From the NCBI GenBank assembly GCA_038227375.1, contig JBBRPY010000008.1, positions 4,178 through 68,177 of the forward strand: a stretch of 64,000 nucleotides of DNA, in the 5' to 3' direction. This stretch comes from Dehalococcoidia bacterium (lineage in GTDB: Bacteria > Chloroflexota > Dehalococcoidia > DSTF01 > JACRBR01). The first letter of the stretch is position 1, and every line of letters starts with the position of its first letter. This document shows, piece by piece, positions 35,376-45,215 of the stretch. A program made the translations under genes and the position numbers. Below the pieces are notes generated by a model. It made no database searches and had not been told where the DNA came from. It saw only the letters and a list, made by a program, of their open reading frames with translations.

Positions 35376-36508
35376 CGCGAAGGGCTCTCGCCGGCGACGG
35401 TGGCGGCGTACACGGCGTGCGTCTCATCGGCCGCGCGGCGCCAGCTGAACTGGGATGCACGCACGAGCCCGCGACGCGAGAGATCTGCGCGCAGGGCCGG
35501 ATCGGTGAGCAATCGGCGGAGGCCATCAGCGATATCGGCGACTAATGCCGGGTCGACGAGCACGGCGGCATCGCCCGCCACCTCCGCTGTCGCCGAGATG
35601 CTCGAGGTCAGCACCGGCGTCCCGCACGCCATCGCTTCGACGACGCCAAGCCCGAACCCCTCGTAGAGCGACGGAAAGGCGAACGCGATTGCGCCGCTGT
35701 AGAGCGCCGGCATGTGCTCTTGCTTCACGTAGCCGAGAAACATCACGCGGTCCCGCATGCCCAGCGCATCGACGAGCGCGAAGTCGCTGTCGTACTTCCA
35801 CGCCTGCTGGCCAACGATCACCAGCCGGTAATCGATGCCGGCGTCACGCAGCCGGCGGAGCGCCTCGATCAGGCGTGCGCGATTCTTGCCGGGCTCGAGG
35901 CTGCCGACGCTCAGCACATACGCTCCCTCAATGCCGTGCTCGCGGGCGATGGCCGCGGCGTCTTCGCGGGCGATCGGGCGGTATTGCAGGGCCGCCGCCT
36001 CGTACACCACGGCGATCTTCGATGACGGGATCCGCAGCACGCGCGTCACGTCGTCTCGGACTGCCTTGGATGGAACGATGATCGCTTCCGCGACGCTCGC
36101 CGAGAGCCGCGTTAGCGTCTGCATGTAGAGCCGGCGGGCGGGCGGATAGCGGTCGGGTATCCGGAAGAACGTGAGGTCGTGCACCGTCACCACGCGCCTC
36201 GCTCGCACCTTCGTCAACGGCAGCGTGTGGTGCGTCGAGTGCAGCACATCGATCCCGAGCGCCTGTAGTGAGCGTGGCAGGCAGGTCTGCTCCCAGAGCA
36301 GCCGCGCGGCCGGAGACCCCGCGCTCACGCGCTCGCACCGCCAGTTGCTGCGGCGGGCGACGATCGGCTCGGCCCAGCCGTCCCGTGCGTAGAGCGCGTA
36401 TCCGTCGCGGCGGTCGCGATCCACCATCGCTCGCGCGAGCTCGATGGCGTAGACGCCCGCACCCGCCGGACGTGCCGGCACCGATGTGGCGTCGATCGCG
36501 ATTCTCAC
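35372..36508 (-). CDS. family-4 (GT-B, GT1/GT4-type) glycosyltransferase
   Basis: The GTG start at 36508 overlaps the upstream stop (GTGA). The C-terminal EGFGLGVVEAMACGTPV motif is typical of GT4. Confidence 0.8.
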   Translation of the reverse strand: MRIAIDATSVPARPAGAGVYAIELARAMVDRDRRDGYALYARDGWAEPIVARRSNWRCERVSAGSPAARLLWEQTCLPRSLQALGIDVLHSTHHTLPLTKVRARRVVTVHDLTFFRIPDRYPPARRLYMQTLTRLSASVAEAIIVPSKAVRDDVTRVLRIPSSKIAVVYEAAALQYRPIAREDAAAIAREHGIEGAYVLSVGSLEPGKNRARLIEALRRLRDAGIDYRLVIVGQQAWKYDSDFALVDALGMRDRVMFLGYVKQEHMPALYSGAIAFAFPSLYEGFGLGVVEAMACGTPVLTSSISATAEVAGDAAVLVDPALVADIADGLRRLLTDPALRADLSRRGLVRASQFSWRRAADETHAVYAATVAGESPSR

Positions 36509-37428
36509 AGGTCGCGCACCTGCACGGTCCGCCCCATGCGGCCGCGATAGTAGTCGAGCGTGCCGAGCGCCATCGCGCGGAGCAGGCGCCACTGCCGGTG
36601 GGCGATCATGCGCGCGGCGGCGCCGGCGCGGGTGAGCCAGAAGTACGCCGTGAAGTAGGCATAGTCGAGCCGTGACCGGGCGTGCTTTCGGACGAGATAG
36701 ATCCGGTTGCGCGTGGCGTAGTACTGCTTGAACGGCGTCATCCAGCCGCCCCCGCTCGACCCGCTCTCACGGTGATAGATCACCGACGATGGTTCGTAGC
36801 GGACGCGATACCCGAGCGCCTGGGCGCGGCGGATAAAGTCGGTTTCCTCGTAGTACATGAAGAACCGCTCGTCGAGCGGCCCGGCGTCGCGGAATGCCTG
36901 CGCCGGCACCAGCGCGCAGCAGAAGCTCGCGGTCGCCAGGTCCTCGCGCGGGGCATCGGCGACGGCTGTCGCCGCCTGGCCGCCGTAGGTGTCGCGGAAG
37001 AGCCCGAGCCGCCAGTCGAATCCGCCGGCGTGCGTGCTGATCAGCGAGTGGTCGTAGTAGTAGAGGATCTTCGGGACGACGATAGAGTGCGGGTCCGCCA
37101 CAGCGACGAGCCGCGCGAGGAACTCTGGCGTCACAGCGACGTCGTTGTTGAGGAAGAGCGCGAATTCATATCCGCGCTCGATGCACTGCTGGACGCCGAT
37201 GTTTGCGCCCGCGGCGAACCCGACGTTTTCCGCGCATCGGATGATCGTGGCTTGCGGGAATGCCAGCTCGATCGTCGCCATCGAATCGTCGGTGGAGGCG
37301 GAGTCCACCACGATGAGACGCCAGGCCGCGTAGTCGAGCACGGCGAGCGAGGCGCAGAACTCGTCGATGAAGCTCGCGCTGTTGTAGTTGACGACGATGA
37401 TACCCACCGATGGCACGGCGTCAGCCAT
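36505..37428 (-). CDS. family-2 glycosyltransferase
   Basis: ATG at 37428 overlaps the rmlD stop by 8 nt. VGIIVVNYNS, DSASTDDS and DxD-like motifs are present. Confidence 0.8.
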   Translation of the reverse strand: MADAVPSVGIIVVNYNSASFIDEFCASLAVLDYAAWRLIVVDSASTDDSMATIELAFPQATIIRCAENVGFAAGANIGVQQCIERGYEFALFLNNDVAVTPEFLARLVAVADPHSIVVPKILYYYDHSLISTHAGGFDWRLGLFRDTYGGQAATAVADAPREDLATASFCCALVPAQAFRDAGPLDERFFMYYEETDFIRRAQALGYRVRYEPSSVIYHRESGSSGGGWMTPFKQYYATRNRIYLVRKHARSRLDYAYFTAYFWLTRAGAAARMIAHRQWRLLRAMALGTLDYYRGRMGRTVQVRDL

Positions 37429-38287
37429 CCGCGAGGACCTTCGCGCCCGCGAAGCGTGCCGCCAGCGCGTCGCGCCATGGGCGGAGCACGATGCCCTGCG
37501 CGCGTGCGCGGGTGTTCGCGAGCACGGAGTGGGCGGGTTTGCGCGGGCCGTCGTAACCGCTCGCCCGCAGCTCCGCCGTCGTGATCGGCTCGACCTGCAC
37601 ATGGATCATGCCGGCGAGCCGGAGGATCTCCGCCGCCCATTCATACCGCGATGCGAGTCCCTCGTTCGTGAGATGATAGATTCCGGCCGGAGCGTCGGTC
37701 TCGATCATGGAGCCGATGGCGCTCGCAAGGTCCGCGGCTGACGTTGGCGTGGCGACCTCGTCCGTTACGAGCCTGAGTACTCGCCCGGCGCGCGCGCCCG
37801 CCAGCGTCTTTTGGATGAAGTTCGATTCGCCTTCGCCGTACACCCAGGCCGTGCGGACGATGCGCACGTCGCCATTCGCCGTCATAGCGAGGCGCTCGCC
37901 CGCATGCTTCGATGCCGCATAGGCGTTGAGCGGCCGCGGTTCATCGGACTCACGGTAGGGATCAGGCTTGACGCCGTCGAACACCTCATTCGTGCTGACG
38001 GCGACGCAGAATGCACCCATTGCAGCGGCCTCGCGCGCGACGTTCTCGGCGCCCCGCGCGTTCACCGCATGGGCGAGTTCCGGCTCGTGCTCGCAGCGCC
38101 CGGTGTCGGTGAGCGCCGCCGCGTGCACCACCGCGTCCGGGTGATGCGCCACGAAGGCGGCGTGCACCGCTTCGGCGTCGCTCACGTCGAGCGCGCGATG
38201 GGCCAGCGCGACAACTGCGTGCTTCCGGAGCGGGACCGCCAATGCGCGGCCGAGCTGTCCGTTGCCGCCGGTGATCAGGATGTTCAT
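37421..38287 (-). CDS. rfbD: dTDP-4-dehydrorhamnose reductase
   Basis: MNILITGGNGQLG Rossmann start, YAASK catalytic motif; RmlD-length (288 aa). Confidence 0.9.
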   Translation of the reverse strand: MNILITGGNGQLGRALAVPLRKHAVVALAHRALDVSDAEAVHAAFVAHHPDAVVHAAALTDTGRCEHEPELAHAVNARGAENVAREAAAMGAFCVAVSTNEVFDGVKPDPYRESDEPRPLNAYAASKHAGERLAMTANGDVRIVRTAWVYGEGESNFIQKTLAGARAGRVLRLVTDEVATPTSAADLASAIGSMIETDAPAGIYHLTNEGLASRYEWAAEILRLAGMIHVQVEPITTAELRASGYDGPRKPAHSVLANTRARAQGIVLRPWRDALAARFAGAKVLADG

Positions 38288-38309
38288 TCTGGCCGCAGTG
38301 TAACGCGCG

Positions 38310-39341
38310 TCAGGCGCCGCGTGGCCGCGCGTCGGCGAGCCGCTGGCCGTACTGCTTCGCGTAGTAGGCGCGGAAGTCGCCGGACTTGATCGGCTCCCAC
38401 CACCAGCGGTTGTCGACGTACCAGCGCACGGTGCGCTCGATAGCGGCGCTGAAATCGAATGCCGGTTGCCAGCCCAGCGCGCGCAGCTTCGACCAGTCCA
38501 TGTAATAGGATGCGTCGTGGCCGGCGCGGTCCTCCACGTGCTGAATGAGGTCGTACGGCTTGTCCAGCAGGTCGAGCACGGCGCGCGCGACCTCGATGTT
38601 CGGGCGGTGGTTGTCCGCCTGGAGGTTGTACGCCTCGCCCGGCTCGCCCCGCTCCAGCAGCAGGAGCAGCGCGCGCACGCTATCTTCGACGTAGAGACGG
38701 TCGCGCTCCTGCAGCCCGTCGCCGTACAGCGGTAACGGCTGGTTATCGAGCGCGTTCGTCACGAACAACGGGATGGCCTTCTCCGGATACTGATACGGGC
38801 CGACGTTGTTCGCAGGCCGCGCCACCACCACCTGCATACCGTAGGTCTCGCCGAAGGCGCGGCACATCAGGTCGCCCGCAGCCTTGCTCACGGCGTACGG
38901 GCTGCGCGGGCGGAAGGCATCGACTTCGTGGCAGGGCGCGTCCTTCGTCGCCGGACCGTACACCTCGTCGGTCGAGATGTGCAGCACGCGCGCGGCCCCC
39001 GCGTCGCGCGCGGCGGCGAGCACGTTGTAGGCGCCGCGCACGTTGGTTTCGATGAAGTCGGAGGCGTCGTCGATCGAGCGGTCGACGTGCGTTTCCGCCG
39101 CAAAGTTCGCGACGGCGTCGCAACCCGCCATCGCGGCCGCGAGCGCGGCGCTATCCGAAACGCTGCCGTGGACGAAGCGGTATCCCGGATCGTCGGCGTT
39201 GTCGTGCAGGTTGTTGAGATTGCCGGCGTAGGTCAGCGCATCGAAATTGACGATGCTGATGCCGGCCCGCTCGCGGAGCACGTGGCGAATGAAGTTGCTG
39301 CCGATGAACCCGGCGCCGCCCGCGACGAAGAGCTTGCGCAT
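38310..39341 (-). CDS. rfbB: dTDP-glucose 4,6-dehydratase
   Basis: ATG at 39341 overlaps the rmlA stop (ATGA). GGAGFIGSNF, STDEVYG and YAVSKAA motifs are present. The track ORF upstream extension is rejected. Confidence 0.9.
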   Translation of the reverse strand: MRKLFVAGGAGFIGSNFIRHVLRERAGISIVNFDALTYAGNLNNLHDNADDPGYRFVHGSVSDSAALAAAMAGCDAVANFAAETHVDRSIDDASDFIETNVRGAYNVLAAARDAGAARVLHISTDEVYGPATKDAPCHEVDAFRPRSPYAVSKAAGDLMCRAFGETYGMQVVVARPANNVGPYQYPEKAIPLFVTNALDNQPLPLYGDGLQERDRLYVEDSVRALLLLLERGEPGEAYNLQADNHRPNIEVARAVLDLLDKPYDLIQHVEDRAGHDASYYMDWSKLRALGWQPAFDFSAAIERTVRWYVDNRWWWEPIKSGDFRAYYAKQYGQRLADARPRGA

Positions 39342-40423
39342 CACGGCACCCGCATCTTGCTGAAGTCGCCGAGCACGACCTGATAGCCGCGCGGCTCGCG
39401 GTCGCCGCCATGCAGCTCGACGCTGCGGCCGATCAGGCTGCTCTCGATGCGGAACCCGCGCCCTTCGATGCGCGACCCCTCGAGGACGACGCTGCCCGAG
39501 ATCTCGCTGCCGATGACGCAGCAGTCGTGGTCGATCGACGTGTACGGCCCGATCGTCGCGTCCTCGATGCGCGTGCGCTCCCCGATGATCGCTGGACCGG
39601 TGATGATGCTGTTGACGACGACGGCGCCTGCTTCGAGGACGACGCAGCCGTGCAGCTCCGAAGACGCGTCGACGCTGCCGCCGCTCGGGTCGTGAGCGAG
39701 CGTGGCAAGCACCAGCCGGTTGGCGGCGAGCAAGTCGTCGTGCTTGCCGGTGTCGATCCACTCTCCGCGGATGATGTCCGCGGCGACGCCACAACCCTGG
39801 TCGATCAGCCATTGCAGCGTGTCAGTGATCTCCAGCTCGCCGCGCGCGGACGGCTCGATCGCGGCGATCGCTTCGAACACGCGGCTCGTGAACATGTAGA
39901 TGCCGATGACGGCGAGGTTGCTCGACGGTCCCTGCGGCTTCTCGATCAGCCGCGCGAGCCGTTCGCCGTCGAACTCGGCGACGCCCAGCTCTCGCACGTC
40001 GGGCACCTGCTTGAGCAAGATCGCGGCATCGTCCGCGGACTGCGAGAACGCGCGCACGTGATCGACGATGCCGTCGGTGACGAAATTATCGCCGAGAAAT
40101 GTGACGAAGGGCGCGTCACCCACCGCCTCGTGCGCGAGGCCGATTGCCTGCGCGATCCCGCCCGGCTGCTCCTGTCGCACGTACGCAATCTTTGCGCCGA
40201 AGCGGTCGCCGTCGCCGGTCGCCAGCTCCACCTGATCGCCGGTCTCGGTCGATACGACGATGGTGATGTCGCGGATGCCGGCTTCCACCAGCTCTTCGAT
40301 CGCGTAGAACAGGATGGGTTTGTTGGCGATCGGGACGAGCTGCTTCGCGCCGGTGTACGTCAGCGGGCGCAAGCGGTTGCCCTTGCCGCCGCTGAGGACA
40401 ACGCCCTTGAGTGGCCCCTTCAT
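39341..40423 (-). CDS. rfbA: glucose-1-phosphate thymidylyltransferase, long form with C-terminal left-handed beta-helix
   Basis: A GVVLSGGKGNRLRPLT nucleotidyltransferase motif is followed by hexapeptide repeats. ATG at 40423. Confidence 0.85.
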   Translation of the reverse strand: MKGPLKGVVLSGGKGNRLRPLTYTGAKQLVPIANKPILFYAIEELVEAGIRDITIVVSTETGDQVELATGDGDRFGAKIAYVRQEQPGGIAQAIGLAHEAVGDAPFVTFLGDNFVTDGIVDHVRAFSQSADDAAILLKQVPDVRELGVAEFDGERLARLIEKPQGPSSNLAVIGIYMFTSRVFEAIAAIEPSARGELEITDTLQWLIDQGCGVAADIIRGEWIDTGKHDDLLAANRLVLATLAHDPSGGSVDASSELHGCVVLEAGAVVVNSIITGPAIIGERTRIEDATIGPYTSIDHDCCVIGSEISGSVVLEGSRIEGRGFRIESSLIGRSVELHGGDREPRGYQVVLGDFSKMRVP

Positions 40424-40539
40424 GTCGGCGAGTGTAACACGACGCCTCGGCCGCTCCCGGGTGGGCATCACGTCCGCGACCGCTGGCCCGGAATGGGCCG
40501 GGCTGGCAAGATGCCCACGACCAGGGAGGCCTAAACATC

Positions 40540-41307
40540 ATGGACATCCGCGGCAAGACGGCGATTGTGACCGGCTCGGCAGTCGGCGTTGGCAGAGCGA
40601 CCGCGCTCGACCTCGCCCGCAGGGGCGCGAACGTCGTCATCAACTACGCACGTTCCGAGGACGAGGCGCGCGAGGCGGTGCGGCTGGTGGAGGCGGAGGG
40701 CGCCCGCGCGCTGCTCGTGCGGGCCGATGTGTCGAAGGACGCGGAGGTGCAGGCGATGGTGCAGCAGACCGCGGCGGCGTTCGGCGGGCTGCACATCCTC
40801 GTCAACAACGCCGCGACCACACACTTCGTCGCCTTCCCGGATCTGGATGGGATGAAAGAGGAGTACTGGGACGACATCTTCGCCGTGAACGTGAAGGGCG
40901 CCTTCTTCGCCGCCCGCGCGGCCGCGAAGGTGATGCGGGCAAGCGGCGGTGGCGCGATCGTGAACATCGCCTCCGTTGCGGGCCAGCGCGCGATCGGCAG
41001 CTCGATCGCCTACGCCGCCTCGAAGGCCGCGCTGATCAACATGACGGTCGCGCTCGCGCGGGTGCTGGGGACGGAGATCCGTGTGAACTGTGTGGCGCCG
41101 GGCTTCATTGAGACACGTTGGCTGAAGACGGGGCTGGGCGACCAGATCTATGAGGCGGCCAAGGCCGATCAGTCGAAGCGCGCGCCGCTGAAGGCCGTAT
41201 GCAAACCGGACGATGTCTCGCAGCTCGTGCTCAGCCTGATCGAGGGCGCCGATATGGTCACCGGTCAGACCGTCACGATCGATGGCGGCGTCGGGATCGC
41301 GGGCTGA
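40540..41307 (+). CDS. SDR-family oxidoreductase (3-oxoacyl-ACP reductase FabG-like)
   Basis: TGSAVGVGRA glycine motif, NNAA, YAASKAAL catalytic tetrad region. Confidence 0.85.
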   Translation: MDIRGKTAIVTGSAVGVGRATALDLARRGANVVINYARSEDEAREAVRLVEAEGARALLVRADVSKDAEVQAMVQQTAAAFGGLHILVNNAATTHFVAFPDLDGMKEEYWDDIFAVNVKGAFFAARAAAKVMRASGGGAIVNIASVAGQRAIGSSIAYAASKAALINMTVALARVLGTEIRVNCVAPGFIETRWLKTGLGDQIYEAAKADQSKRAPLKAVCKPDDVSQLVLSLIEGADMVTGQTVTIDGGVGIAG

Positions 41308-41319
41308 AGCCGTGGCGCC

Positions 41320-41340
41320 GCCCCGCGCGCCGAGCGGGGC
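41320..41340 (+). terminator. GC-rich hairpin (GCCCCGC-N7-GCGGGGC) 13 nt after SDR stop; possible intrinsic terminator without U-tract
   Basis: Perfect 7-bp inverted repeat read from sequence; no T-run follows. Confidence 0.3.
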
Positions 41341-41460
41341 CTGCGGGAATCGCAGCGGTCGGCGGTCGCGAGCCGCGCTCCGGGTATGCCAGACTGAATG
41401 TGGCCCTGTCGCCGAAGGCTCGGATGCGGTCCCCGTTCAGCGCCACTGTAAGGAGTGGTC

Positions 41461-41703
41461 ATGGACCGATACGAGTACAAGGTCGTGTACGTGGATTTTC
41501 GAGGCAGGATTTCGTCAGAAGGGGCAGAGTACATCCGCCAGGGCGGTGAACACCGCACCGGGTTCGTCCGCGGCTACCTCGACAAGCTCGGCGAGGAAGG
41601 CTGGGAGCTGACCGGCATACTCCCCCTGATGAGGCCGGAGAGCAGCTACTTCATGTTGAAGCGCGGTCGCCGCGGCGACGCGCCGGACAGCACTGAGGGT
41701 TAG
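41461..41703 (+). CDS. DUF4177-domain protein
   Basis: ATG at 41461 lies 5 nt after AAGGAG. The N-terminal MDRYEYKVV is the signature of DUF4177. Confidence 0.6.
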   Translation: MDRYEYKVVYVDFRGRISSEGAEYIRQGGEHRTGFVRGYLDKLGEEGWELTGILPLMRPESSYFMLKRGRRGDAPDSTEG

Positions 41704-41826
41704 CAAAGGACCGGCGCTGAGGGAATCGTAGCCGCCGCCTTCGCGCGGCAGGGCCGCTTTGCTGGACGTTGGAGGCTGGAGGCTGGGTTCTCACCGGCTC
41801 CCGTGCCACGTTGGTAAGATAGCGCG

Positions 41827-42141
41827 ATGGAGACAGACAATACGCCTGCCGTCTTGATCGGCGAGGACGACGAAGAGGAGTTCGATGACGAGCTTGAGGG
41901 CGCGGAGGTGCCCCAGGTGTCTTCGTACATCGCCGTCATCCGGATCGTCGCGGTCCTCGGGATGGGACTGTGCCTGTCGTTCGGCCTCTTCATCATGCTC
42001 GTCGGACTGAAGGGCGTGCTTCTCGGCATCCCGATCATGCTGCTGGCGATCCCCTGCTACTACGGCATGCAGGTCGCCGAGCGCCTCGCTTCGCGGGAGG
42101 AGCGCGCACGTGCGGCGGCCGATGCCTCTACGCGCGCGTAG
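41827..42141 (+). CDS. small acidic N-terminus two-TM membrane protein (hypothetical)
   Basis: Two clear hydrophobic helices; weak RBS. Confidence 0.4.
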   Translation: METDNTPAVLIGEDDEEEFDDELEGAEVPQVSSYIAVIRIVAVLGMGLCLSFGLFIMLVGLKGVLLGIPIMLLAIPCYYGMQVAERLASREERARAAADASTRA

Positions 42142-42210
42142 CTCCCTGGTGCCCCTCGGCTCCATTCTCAGAAAAGCCCCATATCACCTTCGATCCGCGC
42201 AGGGTTCAGG

Positions 42211-43437
42211 TTGAGTGCAGCGCTCGACGGCGTGCGCGTGCTGGATATCTCGGCGGGTGTCGCGGGCGGCTACTGTACGCGCCTCCTGGCGGACCTCGGC
42301 GCCGACATCGTCAAGGCCGAGACGCCGGGTCGCGGCGACCGGCTGCGGCACGCCGGGCCGTTCGGCGGAGGTCTCCCGCATCGCGAGACCTCGATCCCGC
42401 ACCTGCATCTGAACGCGGGGAAGCGCGGCATCACGCTCGATGCGGGGACGGCGTCGGGTGCTGATTTGGTGACGCAGCTGCTCGGCCGCTCGGACGTGCT
42501 GGTGATCGGCGACACGACGCGCCTGCCCCGCGCGCTCCCGCTGTCAGCGTTCGAGCGGCGATATCCGGAACTGGTGGTCGCGACACTCACGTCGTCCGGC
42601 CTTCCACCGGGTGCGGCCGGCACCGGCCGCGTAGCCGAACGGCCCTCGGCCGACATCGTAGAGCTAGCACTGAGCGGCTATCTGCTGATGACAGGCGACC
42701 GCGACCGTGAGCCGGTCAAACCATACGGTGAGCAGGCGCGCTTTCAGGCCGGAGTGCACGCGGCTCTCGGGATTCTCGCCGCGCTCGCGGCGCGCGACCG
42801 GCTGGATGCCGGCGGCCAGCGCGTCGACGTCGCGGCCGTCGAAGCGGCGGCATTTCTCGTGGGCGGCGCCATACAGCGCCAGTACGTGTTCGGCCGAGAC
42901 GCGATACGCGACGGCTCGCGCACGATCGGCATGGCGCAGAACTTCCTCTATCCGTCAACGATCCGGCCGTGCGAAGGCGGATACGTCCACGCTCATGTGC
43001 ACAATCGCTTCCCGGAACTGCTCGCCACGCTCATGCGCGAACCCCGCCTGACCGATCCTGATCTGCTCGCTTCGGCGCGCGGCCGTGCCGACGAGATCGA
43101 TGGCCTGATGCATGGATGGCTTCGCGCGCGCGATAAGTGGACCGCCGTACGGGAGGCGCAAGAGCTGCGCGTGCCGTTCACAGAAGTGCTCGACCCGTCG
43201 GAGGTCGTCGACGACCGCTTTGGGCAGCACGCTGCCCGCGGATTCTTCCGCGCAGTCGCGCATCCGGTCGCCGGCGAAGTCGTGCAGTTGGGTCCGGCGA
43301 TCCGGATGGGGAGCGATCGGACCGGTCCGCCGCCACGCGCTCCGCTGCTCGGCGAGCACAACGTCGAGGTGTACGCTGATGAGCTGGGGCTCAGTCTACG
43401 CGACCTCGGACGGTTGTCCGCCGCGGGTGCGATATGA
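42211..43437 (+). CDS. CoA-transferase family III (CaiB/BaiF) protein
   Basis: N-terminal LDGVRVLDISAGVAGGYCTRLLADLGADIVKAE is the family-III CoA-transferase signature. A TTG start is assumed. Confidence 0.85.
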   Translation: MSAALDGVRVLDISAGVAGGYCTRLLADLGADIVKAETPGRGDRLRHAGPFGGGLPHRETSIPHLHLNAGKRGITLDAGTASGADLVTQLLGRSDVLVIGDTTRLPRALPLSAFERRYPELVVATLTSSGLPPGAAGTGRVAERPSADIVELALSGYLLMTGDRDREPVKPYGEQARFQAGVHAALGILAALAARDRLDAGGQRVDVAAVEAAAFLVGGAIQRQYVFGRDAIRDGSRTIGMAQNFLYPSTIRPCEGGYVHAHVHNRFPELLATLMREPRLTDPDLLASARGRADEIDGLMHGWLRARDKWTAVREAQELRVPFTEVLDPSEVVDDRFGQHAARGFFRAVAHPVAGEVVQLGPAIRMGSDRTGPPPRAPLLGEHNVEVYADELGLSLRDLGRLSAAGAI

Positions 43438-44666
43438 GGCCGCTGGACGGCGTCCGCATCATCGATCTCACGGTTGCGGTTGCCGGCCCGGTTTCCACCG
43501 CGCTGCTCGGCGATCTGGGCGCCGAGGTGATCCGCGTCGAGCCGCCGTGGCCTAGGTCGGTCCGCCACCTCGAGGTGGCACCGGCGATCGCTGGCGCGGC
43601 CGACCACCCGTACAACCGGATCATCTCCTACAACGACCTCCACCGCAGCAAGCGCGCGATCTCGCTCGATCTGGCCAGCGCCGCTGGCCGCGACGTGCTG
43701 CTTCGGCTCGTCGGGCAGAGCGATGCCGTGATCGAGAACATGTCGCCGCGTGTGCTTCCGGCCCTCGGTCTCGCCTACGAGGCCCTTGTCGTCGCGAAGC
43801 CGGATATCGTGCTGGTGCGGATGCCCGCGTTCGGCGAAGGACCGCTTCGTGATCGCGTCTCCTACGGTCCCGGCATCGACGCAATGAGTGGGTTGTCGCA
43901 CCTGACGGGATACGCCGACCGCGGGCCGATGAACCCCGCCAACTACTACGCCGACTACAACACGGCGCTCCTCGCCGCCCTCGCGACGCTCGCGGCGCTC
44001 CGTCATCGCGACCGCACGGGTGAGGGCCAATCTGTCGAGGTGGCGATGCTCGAAGGGGAGATGCAGGTGGTGGCCGATGCCCTGCTCGACTACGCCGTCA
44101 ATGGGCGCATCCAGAAGCGTGGTGGGAATACGCACCCATCGATGGCGCCGCACGGCGTCTATCGCTGCGCGGGAGACGACCGCTGGCTCGCCATCGCCTG
44201 CGAAAACGATGAGCAGTGGGTGGCGCTGTGCCGCGCCATCGGACGTGCGGAACTGGCGTCGGACGCACAGTACGCCGATGTTGTGTCGCGCATCCACAAT
44301 CGCGCCGAAATCGACGCGGTGATCTCCGACTGGACGTGCACACAGGATGCGGTCGCCGCGATGGCGTCCCTTGAGGCCGCCGGCGTGCCAGCCGGGCTCG
44401 CGCGCACCGTCGCTGAGCTCGCGGAGCAGGTCATGGGTGGCGTCCGCGGCTTTCTGCAGCTCGTCGAACACCCGGCGGGGGGCACCCTGCCGCACGCGCG
44501 CGCCGCCTTCACGCTGTCGAAGACGCCGGCGCGCATCGCGCACGCGCCGCTCTACGCGCAGGATGCGGACTACGTGTTCCGCGGCTTGCTGAGGATGAGC
44601 GCCGAGGAAGTGGCGCGACTGGCAGAGGCCGGCGTCACGGCGCTCTCCCATCCGACGCCGCGGTGA
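43434..44666 (+). CDS. CoA-transferase family III (CaiB/BaiF) protein, second paralogue
   Basis: The ATG overlaps the previous stop (ATGA). The N-terminal LDGVRIIDLTVAVAGPVSTALLGDLGAEVIRVE signature is present. Confidence 0.85.
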   Translation: MRPLDGVRIIDLTVAVAGPVSTALLGDLGAEVIRVEPPWPRSVRHLEVAPAIAGAADHPYNRIISYNDLHRSKRAISLDLASAAGRDVLLRLVGQSDAVIENMSPRVLPALGLAYEALVVAKPDIVLVRMPAFGEGPLRDRVSYGPGIDAMSGLSHLTGYADRGPMNPANYYADYNTALLAALATLAALRHRDRTGEGQSVEVAMLEGEMQVVADALLDYAVNGRIQKRGGNTHPSMAPHGVYRCAGDDRWLAIACENDEQWVALCRAIGRAELASDAQYADVVSRIHNRAEIDAVISDWTCTQDAVAAMASLEAAGVPAGLARTVAELAEQVMGGVRGFLQLVEHPAGGTLPHARAAFTLSKTPARIAHAPLYAQDADYVFRGLLRMSAEEVARLAEAGVTALSHPTPR

Positions 44667-44710
44667 CCAGAACCCGTTTGCGCCGTCCGCACCCACGATC
44701 GTTTGACGCT

Positions 44711-44741
44711 GAGACCTTGTCTCGTTAGCATTGAGACTAAC
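44711..44741. promoter_or_regulatory. Two adjacent inverted repeats (GAGACCTTGTCTC and GTTAGCATTGAGACTAAC) in promoter of zur-znuCB; candidate Fur-family operator
   Basis: Read from sequence 35-65 nt upstream of the Fur-family gene start; AT-richer than surroundings. Confidence 0.4.
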
Positions 44742-44777
44742 TATCAGTAGAACGTCCGTTACGTGGGAGGCGGAAGT

Positions 44778-45215
44778 TTGTCCGATATTCAGCTGATCGT
44801 CGAGCGGCTCGAGATGCGCGGCCACCGCATCACCCGCAGCCGGCGGCGCGTACTCAATGCTGTGCAGGAGCAGCCGGCTCACTTCACGGTCGATGACGTG
44901 ATCCACAGCACGCCGGGCGTCGGCCGGGCGACGGTGTTCCGGACGATCAGGATCCTGCTCGACCTGAACCTGGTGTGCCGCATCCTGCTCGATGACGGCG
45001 CCCTCCACTATCGGATGAGTACGCGCGGCCATCATCACCACCTGGTGTGCGTCGACTGCGGGCAGGTCGAAGACTTCACGAAGTGCGATGTCGAGCCGCT
45101 CGTGCGTGAGCTGGCGAAAGCGACAGAGTACGAGATCGAGGCGCACTGGCTCGAGGTCTACGGCCGTTGCCGTGTCTGCCGCCTGCTGAAGAAGGAGCAG
45201 GTGGCGGTTGGCTGA
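44778..45215 (+). CDS. zur: Fur-family transcriptional regulator (Zur-like)
   Basis: TTG start 7 nt after GGAGG. It has the DNA-binding HTH region and the HHHHLVCVDCG...C..C metal-site pattern. It sits upstream of a metal ABC transporter. Confidence 0.75.
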   Translation: MSDIQLIVERLEMRGHRITRSRRRVLNAVQEQPAHFTVDDVIHSTPGVGRATVFRTIRILLDLNLVCRILLDDGALHYRMSTRGHHHHLVCVDCGQVEDFTKCDVEPLVRELAKATEYEIEAHWLEVYGRCRVCRLLKKEQVAVG

